Shown here piece by piece: positions 61,331 to 64,000 of a stretch of 64,000 nt of DNA; position 1 is the stretch's first letter; every line of letters starts with the position of its first letter. The stretch covers positions 97,290-161,289 of the forward strand of contig JAKMXF010000325.1 in NCBI GenBank assembly GCA_024704765.1, read 5' to 3'. The translations under genes and the position numbers were made by a program. The notes beneath the pieces were generated by a model. It searched no databases. It was not told the origin of the DNA and saw only the letters and a program-made list of their open reading frames with translations. Source of the stretch: Oopsacas minuta. Its lineage: Eukaryota > Animalia > Porifera.

Positions 61331-62858
61331 CACAGGCAGACAAAAAATATTTTTGTTTCTCTTGCCTAAGATTTTAGATTGAATTTAGACTATATTTGCT
61401 GTGCTGAGTTCGAAAATTACATCGGCTTTGCTGGATTGGCTCTTGATTTTAGTCCACATTTATGTTTATATTGTTAGTTACCTTTTCAAATGTATATTCA
61501 TTTAATCAATACTTTTATAATTCTAAGTATCTAGCATATTCTAACTCTATGGCATCGTCAAGAAGAAAATGTTCTAATGATCCTAATACGTTCTGTTACA
61601 TATGTGGTGAATATACGTTGAAAGATCAAAGAAGAGGTATCTCAGACTTCGTGCGAAAGGCATACTTTGCTTCCTTTGAGGTAAAGCTTGGAGGCCAAGA
61701 CACCTTCATTATCTGGTCAATTCAATCAGGAAGAGCTCAATGATCTAATCAGGGACCTCAACCTGTCTAAAGAGTGTTCAGAAATTTTGCATCCAGGCTC
61801 AACGAGAAGAATATTCTTAGCCCTGGAACCAAGATAACATATTATCGTCATAGAGAAGAAGGATTATTTCATTACTTTAACCAACAAGAAGGCCTCGTCT
61901 TCTGCAATGACATTGGAGCTTCTCCTGGAAATGGGAGTACCACAATATAAGCCAGAAGATTGGTGTCTATTCATTGATAGTTCCAAGAGAAGCTTGAATA
62001 GCGTTTTATTGCATAATGGAAATAAATATGTATCTATTCCAATTGGACATTCAACAAAGCTTAAGGAGGAGTATGAAAATACTTAAATGGTATTGCAAAA
62101 TTGAAATATCATGGACGCCAGTGGTTGGTATGTGTTGATCTCAAGATGGTAAACTTTCTACTTGGCCAACAAGGTGGATACACTAAGTACCCTTGTTTTA
62201 TATGTTAATGGGACAGCAGAGCCCGAAAAGATCATTGGGTAAATAAAGTGTGACCCTTGAGAACTGATCTAACAGTTGGAGAAGCAAACATTATATATGA
62301 ACCATTGGTTCCTAGAGAAAAAAAATCATTCTTCCACCCCTCGACATCAAGTTGGATTTAATTAAGCACTTAGTAACATCTTTAGATAAAGACGGCCCCT
62401 GTTTCAAGTACATTTGCAGATCATTCCCAGCAATGAGCAATGAAAAACTGAAAGCAGGGATCTTTGATGGTCCTCAGATCCGCAGTCTCATAAGAAACAC
62501 TGGTTTCGTCCAATCCATGACTAATTTAGAATCTTCTGCGAAGTGTGCATTTGTTTTGGTAGTCAATAACTTCTTGGCTAATAATAAAGCTAACAACTAC
62601 ATAAATTTGATCAATGACATGCTTTACAAATTTATAGATTTAGATGTTAACATGAGCATCAAGGTTCACTATCTATTTAGCCACCTGGATCGTTTCCCTG
62701 AAAACCTTGGGGATTTAAATGAGGAACAGGGGGAAAGGTTTCTTCAGGACATCAAGGTCATTGAAGAGAGATATCAAGGCAGGTGGGAAACCCACATGAT
62801 GGCAGATTACTGTTGGAGCCTCCAGCGAGATTGACTCTGACATCCCATAACAGAAAAT
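61331..62858 (+). mobile_element. Chapaev3-like (CMC) transposon, internally deleted and decayed, right end replaced by the MULE insertion
   Basis: CAC terminus after TAA; transposase 61549-62834 with CSNDPNTFCYICG, NQEELNDLIRDLNLSK, LFIDSSKRSL, GGYTKYPCF, AGIFDGPQIR, EEQGERF.QDI..IE.RYQGRW..HMMADYCWSL; many stops and frameshifts. Family name is from motif memory. Confidence 0.72.
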
Positions 62859-62861
62859 CCG

Positions 62862-64000
62862 GATACCGACAAAACGTTCCACGACAAAACGTCCCACGAC
62901 ATTTCGCTCCACTTTTGATTAGTCAATGTTTGTTAATAATTTAACAGGTTTTAAATGGCTAAATAATATTGCAAAGATAATCAATTAATTTGGGTGAATG
63001 ATTTCGGAAGAATCTAATGTTACAGTTTTGATATCGTAAACCTAAACATAGAAGTTCTGTGTTAGCAAAGTGAGGTAAGATGATTTATAGTAAAGGTAAC
63101 GAATTTATATCAGAAATACATACGTAGTAATTAATTCATTTGATGGAGAAGATGCGAAATTAATTGTATGTTTGCCAGTAAACATGGAGTCACCTTTGTA
63201 GTTCTATTTAAATGTTGCAATTGTATTATTTTCAGCTTGCATTATCAGCTAAATATTATTTGCTACATTTTTATATTCTTTCAATTAACAACTTCATTTT
63301 ATCAATGGATCCTGATCAGCCCTCCTTCAGGCTGATCAGAACGAACAAGGGAGGAGAAAAGATGTTAGAAGGAGGATACTTATATTTGATGCATAGGAGA
63401 GTTGGAGAAATGACACATTGGCAGTGTGAGCAGAGAGGAGAGTGTAAAGCAAGGGTTCATACGAAGGGAATGGAGATAGTGAAGCGTACGAATGAGCATC
63501 TGCATGCACCTGATGTGCAGGCTACGGCCTGCTGTGAGATAAAGGCCGGCATCAAGAGGAAAGCACGAGACACACAGGATAGCTCACACCAGATAATCGG
63601 TGAGGGTATGCTAACAGCATCAGAGGGTACTGCTGCTAAACTACCTAAGCTGGACAGCCTGAAGCGGACGATACAGCGTCAGCGTGCAAGTGTATTATCA
63701 GCTCCAGTGCAGCCTACCGCCCTAGCAGAGTTGGTTCTACCTGCAGAATACCAGCGGACAGCCAAGGGGGAACAGTTCCTACTCTATGACTCTGGGGAAG
63801 ACGATGCACATAGATTCCTCATCTTCGGGACACAACGCAACCTCGGGATGCTACAGCAAAGCAAGATCTGGCTAGCTGATGGCACCTTCAAGACGGCGCC
63901 TCCCCTCTTCGCCCAGGTGTATGTGGTGCATGGACTCCGAGGAGGAGACGATCCTATGAAGACTGGTCATCTGTTGCCGAGTCTGTTCGTGCTGCTGCCC
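62862..64000 (+). mobile_element. Left end of a Mutator-like (MULE) transposon with 15-bp tandem-repeat TIR
   Basis: gataccgac terminus followed by gacaaaacgttccac/gacaaaacgtcccac/gacatttcgctccac units, preceded by CCG; transposase ORF begins ~440 bp inside. Confidence 0.8.
63305..64000 (+). CDS. FLYWCH-MULE transposase, open to the window end (absent from the ORF track because it has no stop here)
   Basis: My translation, 232 codons without a stop: MDPDQPSFRLIRTNKGGEKMLEGGYLYLMHRRVGEMTHWQCEQRGECKARVHT...NEHLH (FLYWCH zinc finger)...FLLYDSG...IWLADGTFKTAPPLFAQVYVVH (first MULE catalytic Asp). Confidence 0.92.
   Translation, partial: MDPDQPSFRLIRTNKGGEKMLEGGYLYLMHRRVGEMTHWQCEQRGECKARVHTKGMEIVKRTNEHLHAPDVQATACCEIKAGIKRKARDTQDSSHQIIGEGMLTASEGTAAKLPKLDSLKRTIQRQRASVLSAPVQPTALAELVLPAEYQRTAKGEQFLLYDSGEDDAHRFLIFGTQRNLGMLQQSKIWLADGTFKTAPPLFAQVYVVHGLRGGDDPMKTGHLLPSLFVLLP

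Overview
AT-rich (roughly one-third GC by eye) animal genomic DNA with compact, intron-poor host genes embedded in a dense, nested transposon landscape. A non-bilaterian invertebrate such as a glass sponge would fit, but that is inference and is not shown by the sequence. Host genes, all on +: 3' end of succinyl-CoA:3-ketoacid CoA transferase (OXCT1-like), intronless TCTP, spliced GCN5/PCAF (KAT2), spliced nucleostemin-family GTPase (GNL3-like), an intronless SLC9B/NHA-type antiporter, intronless TARBP1/Trm3, an intronless dual-specificity phosphatase and a frameshifted CHST8-14-type carbohydrate sulfotransferase. Mobile DNA: four ~1.3-kb IS630-Tc1-mariner elements (two DD37D/maT, one DD37E/TRT, one DD34D mariner), a 3.2-kb hAT with 8-bp TSD, a Merlin element with 347-bp TIRs and 8-bp TSD, a Chapaev3-like element, the left end of a FLYWCH-MULE with an open transposase ORF that is not in the ORF track, THAP, hAT and Merlin remnants, CR1/L2-type LINE remnants, two families of non-autonomous rolling-circle elements (Helitron-like and Helentron/HINE-like) and many MITEs. 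No tRNA, rRNA or CRISPR array was found. I found no clear new multi-gene system. The most unusual observations are: an NHA-family transporter lacking the catalytic di-aspartate and carrying an extra glycosylated loop; a MULE-type family with 15-bp tandem-repeat TIRs and an apparent 3-bp CCG/CGG target duplication; a MITE with a 6-bp TSD supported by an empty paralogous site; Helitrons that contain a mini-Helitron; and a young Merlin insertion 16 bp upstream of the sulfotransferase ATG, whose frameshift could alternatively be a 25-nt micro-intron.
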